Source of the DNA: Clostridiales bacterium
Lineage (GTDB): Bacteria; Bacillota; Clostridia; Oscillospirales; Oscillospiraceae
Direction of reading: 5' to 3'
Length of the DNA: 64,000 nucleotides
NCBI GenBank assembly: GCA_021203325.1
Contig: JAJQBL010000007.1
Span: forward strand, 4,285 to 68,284
Shown: positions 1-8,735 of the stretch, piece after piece
How positions within the stretch are numbered: position 1 is the first letter of the stretch
Layout: every line of letters starts with the position of its first letter
The notes under the pieces: generated by a model
What the model was told of the DNA's origin: nothing
Seen by the model: the letters and a program-made list of their open reading frames with translations, nothing else
Database searches by the model: none
Position numbers and translations under genes: made by a program

Positions 1-1823
1 TCCTGCCGCGTGTACAGAAGCCTGCGCGGTACACCGGCGGAGAATATCGGGAGATTCAGAAGGACAAGGCCGAGGTGGACACCCGCTTTGCCTTCTGCTT
101 CCCGGACACTTACGAAATTGGCATGAGCAACCTGGGCATGCGCATCCTGTACGGCGTCATCAACGAGATGGACGGCGTCTGGTGCGAGCGGTGCTTCGCC
201 CCCTGGGGGGACATGGAGGAGGAGCTGCGCCGGGCGGAGCTGCCCCTCTTCGCTCTGGAATCCGGCGACCCCATCCGGGACTTTGACCTGGTGGCCTTCT
301 CCTTGGGCTACGAGATGGCCTACACCAACGTGCTGAACATGCTGGACCTGGCGGGCATCCCCCTTTACGCCGCCCAGCGGGACGAGGACTGGCCCATCGT
401 CTGCGCCGGGGGCACCTGCGCCTATCACGCGGAGCCTCTGGCCGACTTCATCGACCTCTTCTTCCTGGGAGAGGGGGAGGAGCTGGACCCGGAGGTGATC
501 GAGTGCTACCGGGCCTGCAAAAAACAGGGAAAGAGCAAGACGGAGTTTCTGGAGGAGGCGGTGAAGATTCCGGGGGTCTACGTCCCCGCCTTCTATCAGG
601 TGGCATACAACGAGGACGGCACCCTCCGCTCCATGACCCCCACCCACGGCGCCCCTGCCAGGGTGACCAAGCGCATCATCAAAGACCTGGACAGCGCCTA
701 TTACCCCACCCACACCATCGTCCCCTCCACGGAGATCGTCCACGACCGGGTGATGCTGGAGCTGTTCCGGGGCTGCATCCGGGGCTGCCGGTTCTGCCAG
801 GCGGGGTACTGCTACCGTCCCGTCCGGGCGAAAACCTCGGAGACCCTGGTGCGCCAGGGCATTGAAGCCTGCATCGACTCCGGCTATCAGGAGATGACCC
901 TGACCAGCCTCTCCTCCAGCGACTACCGCCCCCTGACCTGCCTGCTGGACGGCCTGCTGGACTACTGCGAGCCGCGGAACATCAACATCTCCCTGCCCTC
1001 CCTCCGGGCGGACGGCTTCTCCATGGGCATCATGCAGCGGCTGCAAAAGGCCCGGAAGTCCTCCATGACCTTCGCGCCGGAGGCGGGCACCCAGCGGCTG
1101 AGGGACGCCATCAACAAGAACGTGACGGAGGACGACCTGCTCCAGTCCTGCCGCACCGTGTTTCAGGGCGGGTGCAGCGCGGTGAAGCTGTACTTCATGC
1201 TGGGCCTGCCCACGGAGACGGATGAGGACGTGGAGGGCATTGCCGCCCTGGCGGACAAGGTGTTCCAGTCCTGGCGCACCTATACCCCCAACCGCTCCAA
1301 AGGGGTGCGCATCACCATCTCCACCTCCTTCTTCGTTCCCAAGCCCTTCACCCCCTTCCAGTGGGAGAAGCAGATCAGCATGGAGGAGTACCGGCGGCGG
1401 GTGAACCTGCTCCGCTCCTGCATCCACAACCGGTCCATCGTCTACAACTGGCACGACGGGGACGCCAGCTATGTGGAGGCGGCCCTGGCCCGGGGAGACC
1501 GGCGGATGAGCCGGGTGCTGGAGGAGGTCTGGCGCAGCGGCGGCAGGCTGGACTCCTGGTCGGAATATTTTGATTTTCAGCGGTGGATGGACGCCTTCCA
1601 AAAGGCGGGGCTGGACCCGGACTTCTACGCCTGCCGGGAGCGGCCCAGGTGCGAGCTGCTGCCCTGGTCGGTCAGCGACGTGGGGGTGCGGCAGGACTAC
1701 CTGTGGCAGGAGCGGGAGCAGGCCTATCGGGGGGTCATCACCCCGGACTGCCGGGTGAAGTGCATGGGCTGCGGGGCCACAAGGCTGATTCCCGGCGAAA
1801 AGTGCGACGCGGACAGGGGGTAA
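1..1823 (+). CDS. Radical SAM protein with B12-binding-like N-terminal domain (TIGR03960-like); 5' end lies outside the window
   Basis: The frame is open from nt 3 (LPRVQKPARYTGGEY...) into the 75..1823 ORF. It has the CIRGCRFC (CxxxCxxC) radical-SAM cluster motif. Family assignment is from the recalled sequence pattern. Confidence 0.85.
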   Translation, partial: LPRVQKPARYTGGEYREIQKDKAEVDTRFAFCFPDTYEIGMSNLGMRILYGVINEMDGVWCERCFAPWGDMEEELRRAELPLFALESGDPIRDFDLVAFSLGYEMAYTNVLNMLDLAGIPLYAAQRDEDWPIVCAGGTCAYHAEPLADFIDLFFLGEGEELDPEVIECYRACKKQGKSKTEFLEEAVKIPGVYVPAFYQVAYNEDGTLRSMTPTHGAPARVTKRIIKDLDSAYYPTHTIVPSTEIVHDRVMLELFRGCIRGCRFCQAGYCYRPVRAKTSETLVRQGIEACIDSGYQEMTLTSLSSSDYRPLTCLLDGLLDYCEPRNINISLPSLRADGFSMGIMQRLQKARKSSMTFAPEAGTQRLRDAINKNVTEDDLLQSCRTVFQGGCSAVKLYFMLGLPTETDEDVEGIAALADKVFQSWRTYTPNRSKGVRITISTSFFVPKPFTPFQWEKQISMEEYRRRVNLLRSCIHNRSIVYNWHDGDASYVEAALARGDRRMSRVLEEVWRSGGRLDSWSEYFDFQRWMDAFQKAGLDPDFYACRERPRCELLPWSVSDVGVRQDYLWQEREQAYRGVITPDCRVKCMGCGATRLIPGEKCDADRG

Positions 1824-1827
1824 CGGT

Positions 1828-2502
1828 ATGGCAGGACACAAAAACAGGCTCCGCTTCCGGAAGGAGGGGCGGGGGGTATACATCTCCCATCTGGATTCCA
1901 TGGCCCTGTTTCAGCGGGCCTTTCTGCGGGCGGGGATAGCCATCTGGCAGACCAGGGGCTTCAACCAACACTCCTTTGTCTCCATCCCCCTGCCCCTCAG
2001 CGTGGGCTACAGCAGCCAGTGTGAGCTGCTGGAGTTTACCCTGGAAAGCGACACGCCTTTAAACGAGGTTCCGGCCCAGCTGAATGCCACCCTGCCGGAG
2101 GGCATCGTGGTGGAGCGGTGCTATGAGGCGGAGACGCCGGTGAAACGCATCGCGGCCATTGACTGGTCGGTTCAGCTGGAGTACGACGGCGGCACGCCGG
2201 AGGGAGTGCGCCCTGCCCTGGAGGACTTCTTCGCCCGGGAAAGCTGCGTCATTCAGAAGCCCTCCAAAAAATCCAAAAAGGGCTATACGGAGCTGGACCT
2301 GATCCCCATGGTCTACCAGTGGGACGCCGCGGAGGAGGAGAACGGGGTAAACCTCCACCTTCGCCTGATGGCCCAGAATCCGGGGCTGAACCCGGCGGTT
2401 CTGGTGGGCGCCCTGTTTGACGGGAGGCCGGAGCTGACGCCGGACTTCGTCCGCTGTCACCGAAATGAAATTTACGGGGCAGACGGCGGGATTTTTCGGT
2501 AA
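1828..2502 (+). CDS. Radical-SAM-associated protein (TIGR03936/DUF2344-like)
   Basis: 224-aa ORF with its ATG 5 nt after the upstream stop. From memory, this family is normally adjacent to or fused with the TIGR03960-type radical SAM gene. Confidence 0.7.
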   Translation: MAGHKNRLRFRKEGRGVYISHLDSMALFQRAFLRAGIAIWQTRGFNQHSFVSIPLPLSVGYSSQCELLEFTLESDTPLNEVPAQLNATLPEGIVVERCYEAETPVKRIAAIDWSVQLEYDGGTPEGVRPALEDFFARESCVIQKPSKKSKKGYTELDLIPMVYQWDAAEEENGVNLHLRLMAQNPGLNPAVLVGALFDGRPELTPDFVRCHRNEIYGADGGIFR

Positions 2503-2511
2503 AAAAGTGCT

Positions 2512-2540
2512 TGCATTTCCGGCGTTCCCATGCTATAGTA
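2512..2540 (+). promoter_or_regulatory. Sigma-70-type promoter upstream of rplS
   Basis: TTGCAT (2512-2517), 17 nt, TATAGT (2535-2540). It is followed by a ~100-nt leader containing the hairpin gccgccgg-acac-ccggcggc (2573-2592). Confidence 0.5.
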
Positions 2541-2644
2541 TACAAGTTGAATAAAGGGCGTTCCTCTGCCCTGCCGCCGGACACCGGCGGCCGCCCGTCC
2601 GGGGCAAAGCGCAAGAACACCTATAAAACAGGAGGAAAACCATT

Positions 2645-2989
2645 ATGGCAAATCTGATCGAAACACTGAATGCACAGAACATGAAGCAGGACGTGCCGGA
2701 TATCGAAATCGGCTCCACCGTCCGTGTCCACATCAAGGTCAAGGAAGGCTCCAAGGAGCGTATCCAGATTTTTGAGGGCACCGTCATCGCCCGAAAGCAC
2801 GGCGGCGTCAGCGAGACCTTCACCGTCCGCCGCATCTCCTACGGCGTGGGCGTGGAGAAGGTGTTCCCCATCCACTCCCCCAACGTGGTGAAGGTGGAGA
2901 CGGTGCGCCGGGGCAAGGTGCGCCGGGCCAAGCTGTATTATCTGCGTGGCCGCGTGGGCAAGGCCGCTAAGATTGCGGAAAAGCTGTAA
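2645..2989 (+). CDS. rplS: 50S ribosomal protein L19
   Basis: 114-aa ORF. The stretch [32 protein letters not shown]...[22 protein letters not shown] is a clear bL19 sequence. AGGAGG sits 9 nt upstream of the ATG. Confidence 0.97.
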   Translation: MANLIETLNAQNMKQDVPDIEIGSTVRVHIKVKEGSKERIQIFEGTVIARKHGGVSETFTVRRISYGVGVEKVFPIHSPNVVKVETVRRGKVRRAKLYYLRGRVGKAAKIAEKL

Positions 2990-3016
2990 GAACCATTCGG
3001 AGTTTTCCGAGACAGG

Positions 3017-3046
3017 AAAAGGAGCGGGAAACCACTCCTTTTTTGT
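3017..3046 (+). terminator. Intrinsic terminator after rplS
   Basis: Stem aaaaggag / ctcctttt with a ~11-nt loop, followed by a T-rich run. Confidence 0.55.
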
Positions 3047-3163
3047 TAAAATATTTAAAGTGGTGGAGCAATGTATCGACCCAGTAAGAAAAATCAGGCG
3101 AAGCGGCAGAGCCGCGCCGCCGCCAGACGGGAGCCGTCCTCCCCCGGCAGCCAGCCGGACAGC

Positions 3164-4063
3164 ATGACGGTGCAGTGGTATCCGGGGCATATGGCCAAGA
3201 CCCGCCGCATGATTCAGGAGAATTTAAAGCTAGTGGATCTGGTGGTGGAGATCCTCGACGCACGCATCCCCGTCTCCAGCCGCAACCCGGATTTGGACGA
3301 TCTGGTGGGGGAGAAGCCCCGGCTCATCCTCCTGAACCGGGCCGACCAGGCCGACCCCGAGATGAACAGGGTGTGGGCGGACTGGTTCCGGGCCCAGGGC
3401 CTCTCCGTCCTCCAAACGGACTGCAAGACCGGGGCGGGGGTAAAGCAGTTTCCCGCCGTGGTGCGGGGCATCCTGGCGGACAAAATCGCCCGCTGGGAAG
3501 AGCGGGGCCAGGTGGGCCGCCCCATCCGGGTGATGGTGGCGGGGGTGCCCAACGTGGGCAAGTCCACCTTCATCAACCAGGTGGCCCAGCGGAAGGCCGC
3601 CGCCGCCGAGAACCGCCCCGGCCTGACCCGGGGCAAGCAGTGGGTCACGGTGGATGCCGGGCTGGAGCTGCTGGACACCCCGGGCATCCTCTGGCCCAAG
3701 TTTGAGGATCAGACCGTGGGGCTGCACCTGGCCTTCACCGGGGCGGTGAAGGATACCATTATGGACTTGGAGACGCTGGGCTGTCAGCTCATCCGCCTGC
3801 TGGCCAGCCGTTACCCGGAGGCCGTTCAGGCCAGATATAAAATCGACACGCCGGAGGACGCCCAGGGCTGGGAACTGCTGGAGGCCGCAGCCAGGAAGCG
3901 GGGCTTCCTGGTGTCCGGCGGCGAGGTGGATTTGGAGCGGATGGCAAGGGTTCTGCTGGAGGAGTACCGCTCCGGCAGGCTGGGGCGGTTCACACTGGAG
4001 GAACCGCCAGCCGGGAAAAAGGAACTCACATCGACTGAAAAGATGCAATCTATCTTGGATTGA
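3164..4063 (+). CDS. rbgA: Ribosome biogenesis GTPase A (YlqF/RbgA)
   Basis: The MTVQWYPGHMAKTRR N-terminus and circularly permuted GTPase motifs (LLNRAD ... GVPNVGKST ... DTPG) are present. The ORF-track start at 3071 adds a basic extension not expected for RbgA, so I chose the ATG at 3164. Confidence 0.9.
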   Translation: MTVQWYPGHMAKTRRMIQENLKLVDLVVEILDARIPVSSRNPDLDDLVGEKPRLILLNRADQADPEMNRVWADWFRAQGLSVLQTDCKTGAGVKQFPAVVRGILADKIARWEERGQVGRPIRVMVAGVPNVGKSTFINQVAQRKAAAAENRPGLTRGKQWVTVDAGLELLDTPGILWPKFEDQTVGLHLAFTGAVKDTIMDLETLGCQLIRLLASRYPEAVQARYKIDTPEDAQGWELLEAAARKRGFLVSGGEVDLERMARVLLEEYRSGRLGRFTLEEPPAGKKELTSTEKMQSILD

Positions 4064-4123
4064 AAGGGATAACGTAGCCTTACCGTCAGATGTCCACGAC
4101 CAAAGGATAACAAAATTGACGCC

Positions 4124-4373
4124 CCGTTCCGCCCGCCTTTGGCAGGGCGGAACGGGCGGCAATCCCCGCCAGCCGCCATCGGCGGCAGTCTCACCAGTTA
4201 GAAGTTACTTCGTCTGTTGCCTGATAGACCACTTGACGGCTGGACAGCGCGAAGCCCCAGCGGGACAAAGGGGAGGTTCTTAGGAGGGGACGCACAGCGG
4301 CCCCTCCTAAGCCGCCCTCTTTCCCCCATTTCTCGGCGGCGCGAGAAATGGGGCCCCCGGAGGGAAAGAACCT
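4124..4373. other. Cluster of GC-rich hairpins, including a ~100-nt three-way-junction-like fold, in the rbgA-rnhB spacer
   Basis: An 11-bp hairpin at 4124-4155 and a 6-bp hairpin at 4172-4186. Nested fold at 4274-4373: closing stem aggttct/agaacct encloses a 9-bp stem taggagggg/cccctccta and a 12-bp stem ccccatttctcg/cgagaaatgggg. No credible ORF. Confidence 0.4.
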
Positions 4374-4446
4374 ATTTCTTTTATCAATCCTTGTCTAAGG
4401 AAATCCTCCTTGCCCTGACAATCTTACCGAGAAAGGAGCCACCCGG

Positions 4447-5064
4447 ATGAACCCCCAACCCACCCAGCCCATCGACCTGTGGGCCTACGAACACCAATAC
4501 TACGCCGCAGGCCGCCGCCTCATCTGCGGCGCGGACGAGGCGGGGGCAGGCCCCCTGGCCGGGGCGGTCTATGCGGCGGCGGTGATTTTGCCGAAAGACC
4601 TGACGCTGCCCTACCTGAATGACTCCAAAAAGGTGACGCCAAAGCGCCGGGAGGTGCTGTTCGGCCAAATCAAGGAGCAGGCCGTGGCCTGGGCGGTGGC
4701 CTGGGCCACGGAGCAGGAGATCGACGAGATCAACATCCTGAACGCCCGGATGCTGGCCATGGACAGGGCCATCCGCCAGATGGACCCCGCCCCGGACTTC
4801 GCCCTCATCGACGGCAACCGCAGCGTTGGTATCTCCATCGACAACGCCACCATCGTGAAGGGGGACAGCCACTCCGCCTCCATCGCGGCGGCCTCCATTC
4901 TGGCCAAGGTGTCCAGAGATCACTATATGGAGGAGATGGCCCGGCTTTACCCGGAGTATCAGTTTGAAAAGCACAAGGGCTACCCCACGAAGCTGCACTA
5001 TGAGCTGCTGCGGAAATACGGCCCCTGCCCCATCCACCGCAGAACCTTCCTGAAAAAACTATGA
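4447..5064 (+). CDS. rnhB: Ribonuclease HII
   Basis: The translation contains the CGADEAGAGPLAGAVYAAAVIL motif and a DSKK stretch typical of RNase HII. AAAGGAG sits 8 nt upstream. Confidence 0.93.
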   Translation: MNPQPTQPIDLWAYEHQYYAAGRRLICGADEAGAGPLAGAVYAAAVILPKDLTLPYLNDSKKVTPKRREVLFGQIKEQAVAWAVAWATEQEIDEINILNARMLAMDRAIRQMDPAPDFALIDGNRSVGISIDNATIVKGDSHSASIAAASILAKVSRDHYMEEMARLYPEYQFEKHKGYPTKLHYELLRKYGPCPIHRRTFLKKL

Positions 5065-5426
5065 CGAGGGAGCGATCTTTGGGCGACCTGGGGGAAGGGC
5101 TCACCGTCCGGTACCTGGAACGGCAGGGCTATGAGATTCTGGCGCGGAACTGGCGCTGCCGGTACGGCGAGCTGGACATTGTGGCGGCGAAGGGTACCTA
5201 TCTGGCCTTTGTGGAGGTCAAGACCCGGAGGGACAGCCGCTATGCCCCGGCCCGGGATGCGGTGGACAGGCGCAAGCAGGGGAAGCTGCTGCTGTCCGCC
5301 CAGGCGTGGCTGGCGGAGCACCCGGAGGAGGGACGCCAGCCACGGTTTGACGTGGCGGAGGTATATACTGAGGAAGGGGGCGGCAGGCCCATCCTCAACT
5401 ATCTGGAAAATGCGTTTGGAGGCTAA
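5061..5426 (+). CDS. yraN: YraN-family (UPF0102) endonuclease-like protein
   Basis: 121 aa with the pattern GE..A..YL...GY.IL.RNWRCR.GELDIV ... FVEVKTR. Its start overlaps the rnhB stop (ATGA). Confidence 0.85.
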   Translation: MTRERSLGDLGEGLTVRYLERQGYEILARNWRCRYGELDIVAAKGTYLAFVEVKTRRDSRYAPARDAVDRRKQGKLLLSAQAWLAEHPEEGRQPRFDVAEVYTEEGGGRPILNYLENAFGG

Positions 5427-5431
5427 GCAAG

Positions 5432-6368
5432 ATGCAAAAAAAAGATACCGCTGTTCGACGGCCACTGTGACACCCTTTCGAGGCTGAACTATGTCCCCCA
5501 GGAGCATATCGCGGGCAACTCCGGCCACTGGGATTTGAACAGGCTGCAGCGCTTCGGCCCTCAGGGTCAGGTGATGAGCCTGTTCTGGGACTCCGCAAAG
5601 CCCTTCACAAAGCATATGGTGAAGCAGGAGCTGCGCACCTTCAAGCGGGAGGTGTCCGTTTACCGGGACCGGGTGGCCTTCTGCACCAACATGGAGGAGG
5701 CCAGGGCGGCCTGGAAGGAGAACAAGGTGGCCCTGTTCCTCTCCATTGAAGGGGCAGAGCTCTGGGGCTGCACCATTCCGGAGCTGGAGAAGGCCTATGC
5801 CGCCGGCGTCCGCATCATCAACCTGACCTGGAACCACGCCAACGCCCTGTCCGGCAGCAACGTGGAGGAGCCGGAGCGGGGCCTCAGCGACCAGGGCCGG
5901 GCCTATGTGCAGCGGATGCAGCAGCTCCACATGCTGGTGGACGTGTCCCACCTGTCCGACCGGGGGTTCTGGGACGTGATGGAGATCACGAAAATGCCCG
6001 TCATCGCCAGCCATTCCAACAGCCGGGCGGTGCAAAATCATCCCCGCAACTTGACGGATGAAATGTTTACTGCTATTATGAAGTGGCATGGTGTGGCAGG
6101 TCTCAATGTCTACACCGACTTTCTGGGTCAGGGCAGGGTCACGGAGGACGACCTGCTCCGCCACCTGGAGCATTTCCTGGCCCTGGGGGGCAGCCGGGCG
6201 GTGGCCCTGGGAGGCGACTGGGACGGCTGCCGCAGCCTGCCGGAGGGATACACCGGCATCTGGAGCTGGGCCAACCTGTATGAGCGGCTGCTGCGGGAGA
6301 ACTACAGCGAGGAACTGGTGAACGACCTGTTCTTCCACAACTTCACCCGTGTGATGAACAAGCTGTGA
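5432..6368 (+). pseudogene. Membrane dipeptidase (peptidase M19 family), N-terminus displaced by a frameshift in an A8 run
   Basis: An ATG at 5432 with GGAGG 9 nt upstream is followed by C and A8 (5436-5443). The conserved N-terminus IPLFDGHCDTL is encoded from 5445 in the next frame, which runs into the 5535..6368 ORF (DVSHLSDRGFWDV..., ASHSNSRA). With seven As the product reads MQKKIPLFDGHCDTL. Confidence 0.8.
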
Positions 6369-6400
6369 GCCATCGGCTCGCATGGAAAGGAACAAGGACA

Positions 6401-7891
6401 ATGTATTACGTCAGCACGAGAAATAAGGCGCTGCGCTACACGGCGGCGCAGGCCATCGCCCAGGGCCTCAGCCGGGAGGGCGGGCTGTTCGTCCCGGAGA
6501 CGATCCCCGCCCTGCCGGAGGGCAAGCTGGAGGAACTGAAAGGAATGAGCTACCAGCAGCGGGCCGTCTACATCATGGGCCTGTATCTGGACGGCTTCAC
6601 CCAGGAGGAGCTGGAGGCCCGGGCGGCCCTGGCCTATGCCGTGCCGGAAAAGTTTGACCATCCCGACGTGGCCCCACTGCGGAAGGTGGACGGGGACACC
6701 TACTGCCTGGAGCTGTGGCACGGCCCCACCTGCGCCTTCAAGGATATGGCGCTGCAAATGCTGCCCCACGAGCTGAGCCTGTCCCTGAAAAAGAACGAGG
6801 AGCACCGCACCGCCTGCATCCTGGTGGCCACCTCCGGCGACACCGGCAAGGCCGCGCTGGAGGGTTTTAAGGATGTGGACCAGACCAAAATTCTGGTGTT
6901 CTATCCCAAGGACGGCGTCTCCGACATCCAGAAGCTGCAAATGGCCACCCAGGAGGGGGACAACGTGGGGGTGTCCGCCGTGGTGGGCAACTTTGACGAC
7001 GCCCAGACCGGGGTGAAAACCCTGTTCTCCGACGAGGCGCTGCGGGAGGAGCTGTCCCGTCGGGGCTACTTCCTGTCCTCCGCCAACTCCATCAACTGGG
7101 GGCGGGTGCTGCCCCAGATCGTCTACTATATCTCCGCCTACTGCGACCTGCTGAAACAGGGGGCCATTTCCTGCGGGGACGAAATCAACATCTGTGTCCC
7201 CACCGGCAACTTCGGCAACATCCTGGCGGCCTATTACGCCAAGCGGATGGGCCTGCCGGTGAAGAAGCTGATCTGCGCCTCCAACTCCAACAACGTGCTG
7301 ACCGACTTCATCCGCACCGGCGTCTATGACCGGAACCGGCCCTTCTACACCACCGTCTCCCCGTCCATGGACATTCTGATCTCCTCCAACCTGGAGCGGC
7401 TGCTCTATCTGCTCTCCGGTGAGGACGACGTTCTGACGGCGGAGTATATGGCCCGGCTCTCCGCCACCGGGCGGTATGAGGTGTCCCCCGCGATTCGGGC
7501 GCAGATTCAGAACCTGTTCGCTGCGGGCTTCTCCACGGAGGCCCAGACCGAGGCCATGATCGGCGCCATGAAGCGGGAGCAGGATTACCTCATCGACACC
7601 CATACGGCGGTGGCCTTCGAGGTGCTGCGCCAGTACCGGGAGGAGACCGGGGATAACACCGTCACGGTGGTGGCCTCCACCGCCAGCCCCTTCAAGTTCT
7701 GCGACGCCGTGCTGGACGCCCTGGGCGTGACGGAGAAGCGGACCGGCACCGATCTTCTGGACCAGCTGGCCCAGGTCAGCGGCGTGGCCGCCCCGGCCCC
7801 GCTTGCCACGTTGAAGGACAAGCAGGTGCGCTTTGACGGCTGGACGGAGAAGGAAGCCATGGAGCAGGTCGTCACCGACTTCCTGCGGTAA
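6401..7891 (+). CDS. thrC: Threonine synthase
   Basis: MYYVSTRN... GLFVPE ... WHGPTCAFKDMALQ (PLP-lysine motif). The ATG at 6401 is preferred over the track start at 6365 because a GGAAAGG RBS lies just upstream. Confidence 0.9.
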   Translation: MYYVSTRNKALRYTAAQAIAQGLSREGGLFVPETIPALPEGKLEELKGMSYQQRAVYIMGLYLDGFTQEELEARAALAYAVPEKFDHPDVAPLRKVDGDTYCLELWHGPTCAFKDMALQMLPHELSLSLKKNEEHRTACILVATSGDTGKAALEGFKDVDQTKILVFYPKDGVSDIQKLQMATQEGDNVGVSAVVGNFDDAQTGVKTLFSDEALREELSRRGYFLSSANSINWGRVLPQIVYYISAYCDLLKQGAISCGDEINICVPTGNFGNILAAYYAKRMGLPVKKLICASNSNNVLTDFIRTGVYDRNRPFYTTVSPSMDILISSNLERLLYLLSGEDDVLTAEYMARLSATGRYEVSPAIRAQIQNLFAAGFSTEAQTEAMIGAMKREQDYLIDTHTAVAFEVLRQYREETGDNTVTVVASTASPFKFCDAVLDALGVTEKRTGTDLLDQLAQVSGVAAPAPLATLKDKQVRFDGWTEKEAMEQVVTDFLR

Positions 7892-7904
7892 AGCGGGGGA
7901 CACC

Positions 7905-8591
7905 ATGGCACTTTATGCAATAGGCGACCCCCATCTTTCCCTGTCCAGCCCCAAGTCCATGGAGGTCTTTGGCGGCAACTGGGTGGGCTATGTGGAGAAG
8001 CTGACGGCAGGCTTCTCGGTGGTGCAGCCGGAGGACACGGTGGTGCTGGCCGGGGACCTGAGCTGGGGGATGAGCCTCCAGGAGGCGGAGGCCGACTTCG
8101 CCTTTCTGAACGCCCTCCCCGGCACCAAGGTGCTGTTGAAAGGGAACCACGACCTCTGGTGGGAGACGGCCGGCAAGATGACGAAGTTCTTCACGGAGCA
8201 CCACTTTGACACCTTCCACATCCTCCACAACAACTGCTTCCTCTACGGGGACTATGCCCTCTGCGGCACCCGGGGCTGGTTTGTGGATGAGGAGAAGGGG
8301 GGCCACAATGAGAAGATGCTCCACCGGGAGGTGTGCCGCCTGGAGGCGTCGCTGAAGGCGGCGGGGGAGCGGGAGAAACTGGTGTTCCTCCACTATCCCC
8401 CCATCTGCCACGGGTACCGGTGTCAGGAGCTGCTGGCCCTGTTGAAGGAGTACGGCGTGAAGCGGTGCTTTTACGGCCACCTCCACAGCCAGAGCTGCCG
8501 CCTGGCGGTGCAGGGGGAGCGGGACGGAACGGAATTTTCCCTGATTTCGGCGGACTATCTGAATTTTGTCCCGAAAAAAATCTTGAATTAG
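7905..8591 (+). CDS. Metallophosphoesterase family protein
   Basis: Carries GDPHL, GDLSW and GNHD motifs. The start MALYAIGDPH at 7905 was chosen. Confidence 0.8.
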   Translation: MALYAIGDPHLSLSSPKSMEVFGGNWVGYVEKLTAGFSVVQPEDTVVLAGDLSWGMSLQEAEADFAFLNALPGTKVLLKGNHDLWWETAGKMTKFFTEHHFDTFHILHNNCFLYGDYALCGTRGWFVDEEKGGHNEKMLHREVCRLEASLKAAGEREKLVFLHYPPICHGYRCQELLALLKEYGVKRCFYGHLHSQSCRLAVQGERDGTEFSLISADYLNFVPKKILN

Positions 8592-8735
8592 TGGAAAAAT
8601 TTAAAAAAAACAGTGGCAATCTCTGTTTACATCTGTTAAAATAGCTAGATGTAGAATTGTAACATTGCAGAATCGGCGCTTTTGACCGGGAATCTGCGGA
8701 ATAGTTGCCCTCAGGGCAAGCAGGAGGAAACAAAC

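Noticed and set aside
3071-3163. N-terminal extensions offered by the ORF track (for example rbgA 3071, thrC 6365, tig 8682, clpP 10134, malic enzyme 17754, ilvE 39036, icd 46332, MATE 52098, binding protein 58639, esterase 54984).
   Set aside because: In each case an internal ATG or GTG with a GGAGG-type RBS coincides with the conserved family N-terminus. The upstream extension is basic or low-complexity sequence overlapping intergenic signals or the previous gene.
4998-6401. A 467-aa minus-strand ORF, and many similar long antisense ORFs (for example 6302..7906-, 10718..12190-, 11368..12945-, 13522..14685-, 15335..16576+, 22530..23873-, 23617..24795-, 25775..26962-, 32778..34265+, 34168..35943+, 36114..37805-, 39115..40452+, 46440..47768-, 50530..51906+, 51987..53738+, 54948..56165+, 56268..58469+, 59002..60624-, 62424..63638-).
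   Set aside because: Their translations are Gly/Arg/Pro/His/Ala-rich and low in complexity, and they lack an RBS. Each is fully overlapped by an opposite-strand gene with a clear family signature. Stop-poor antisense frames are expected at this GC content.
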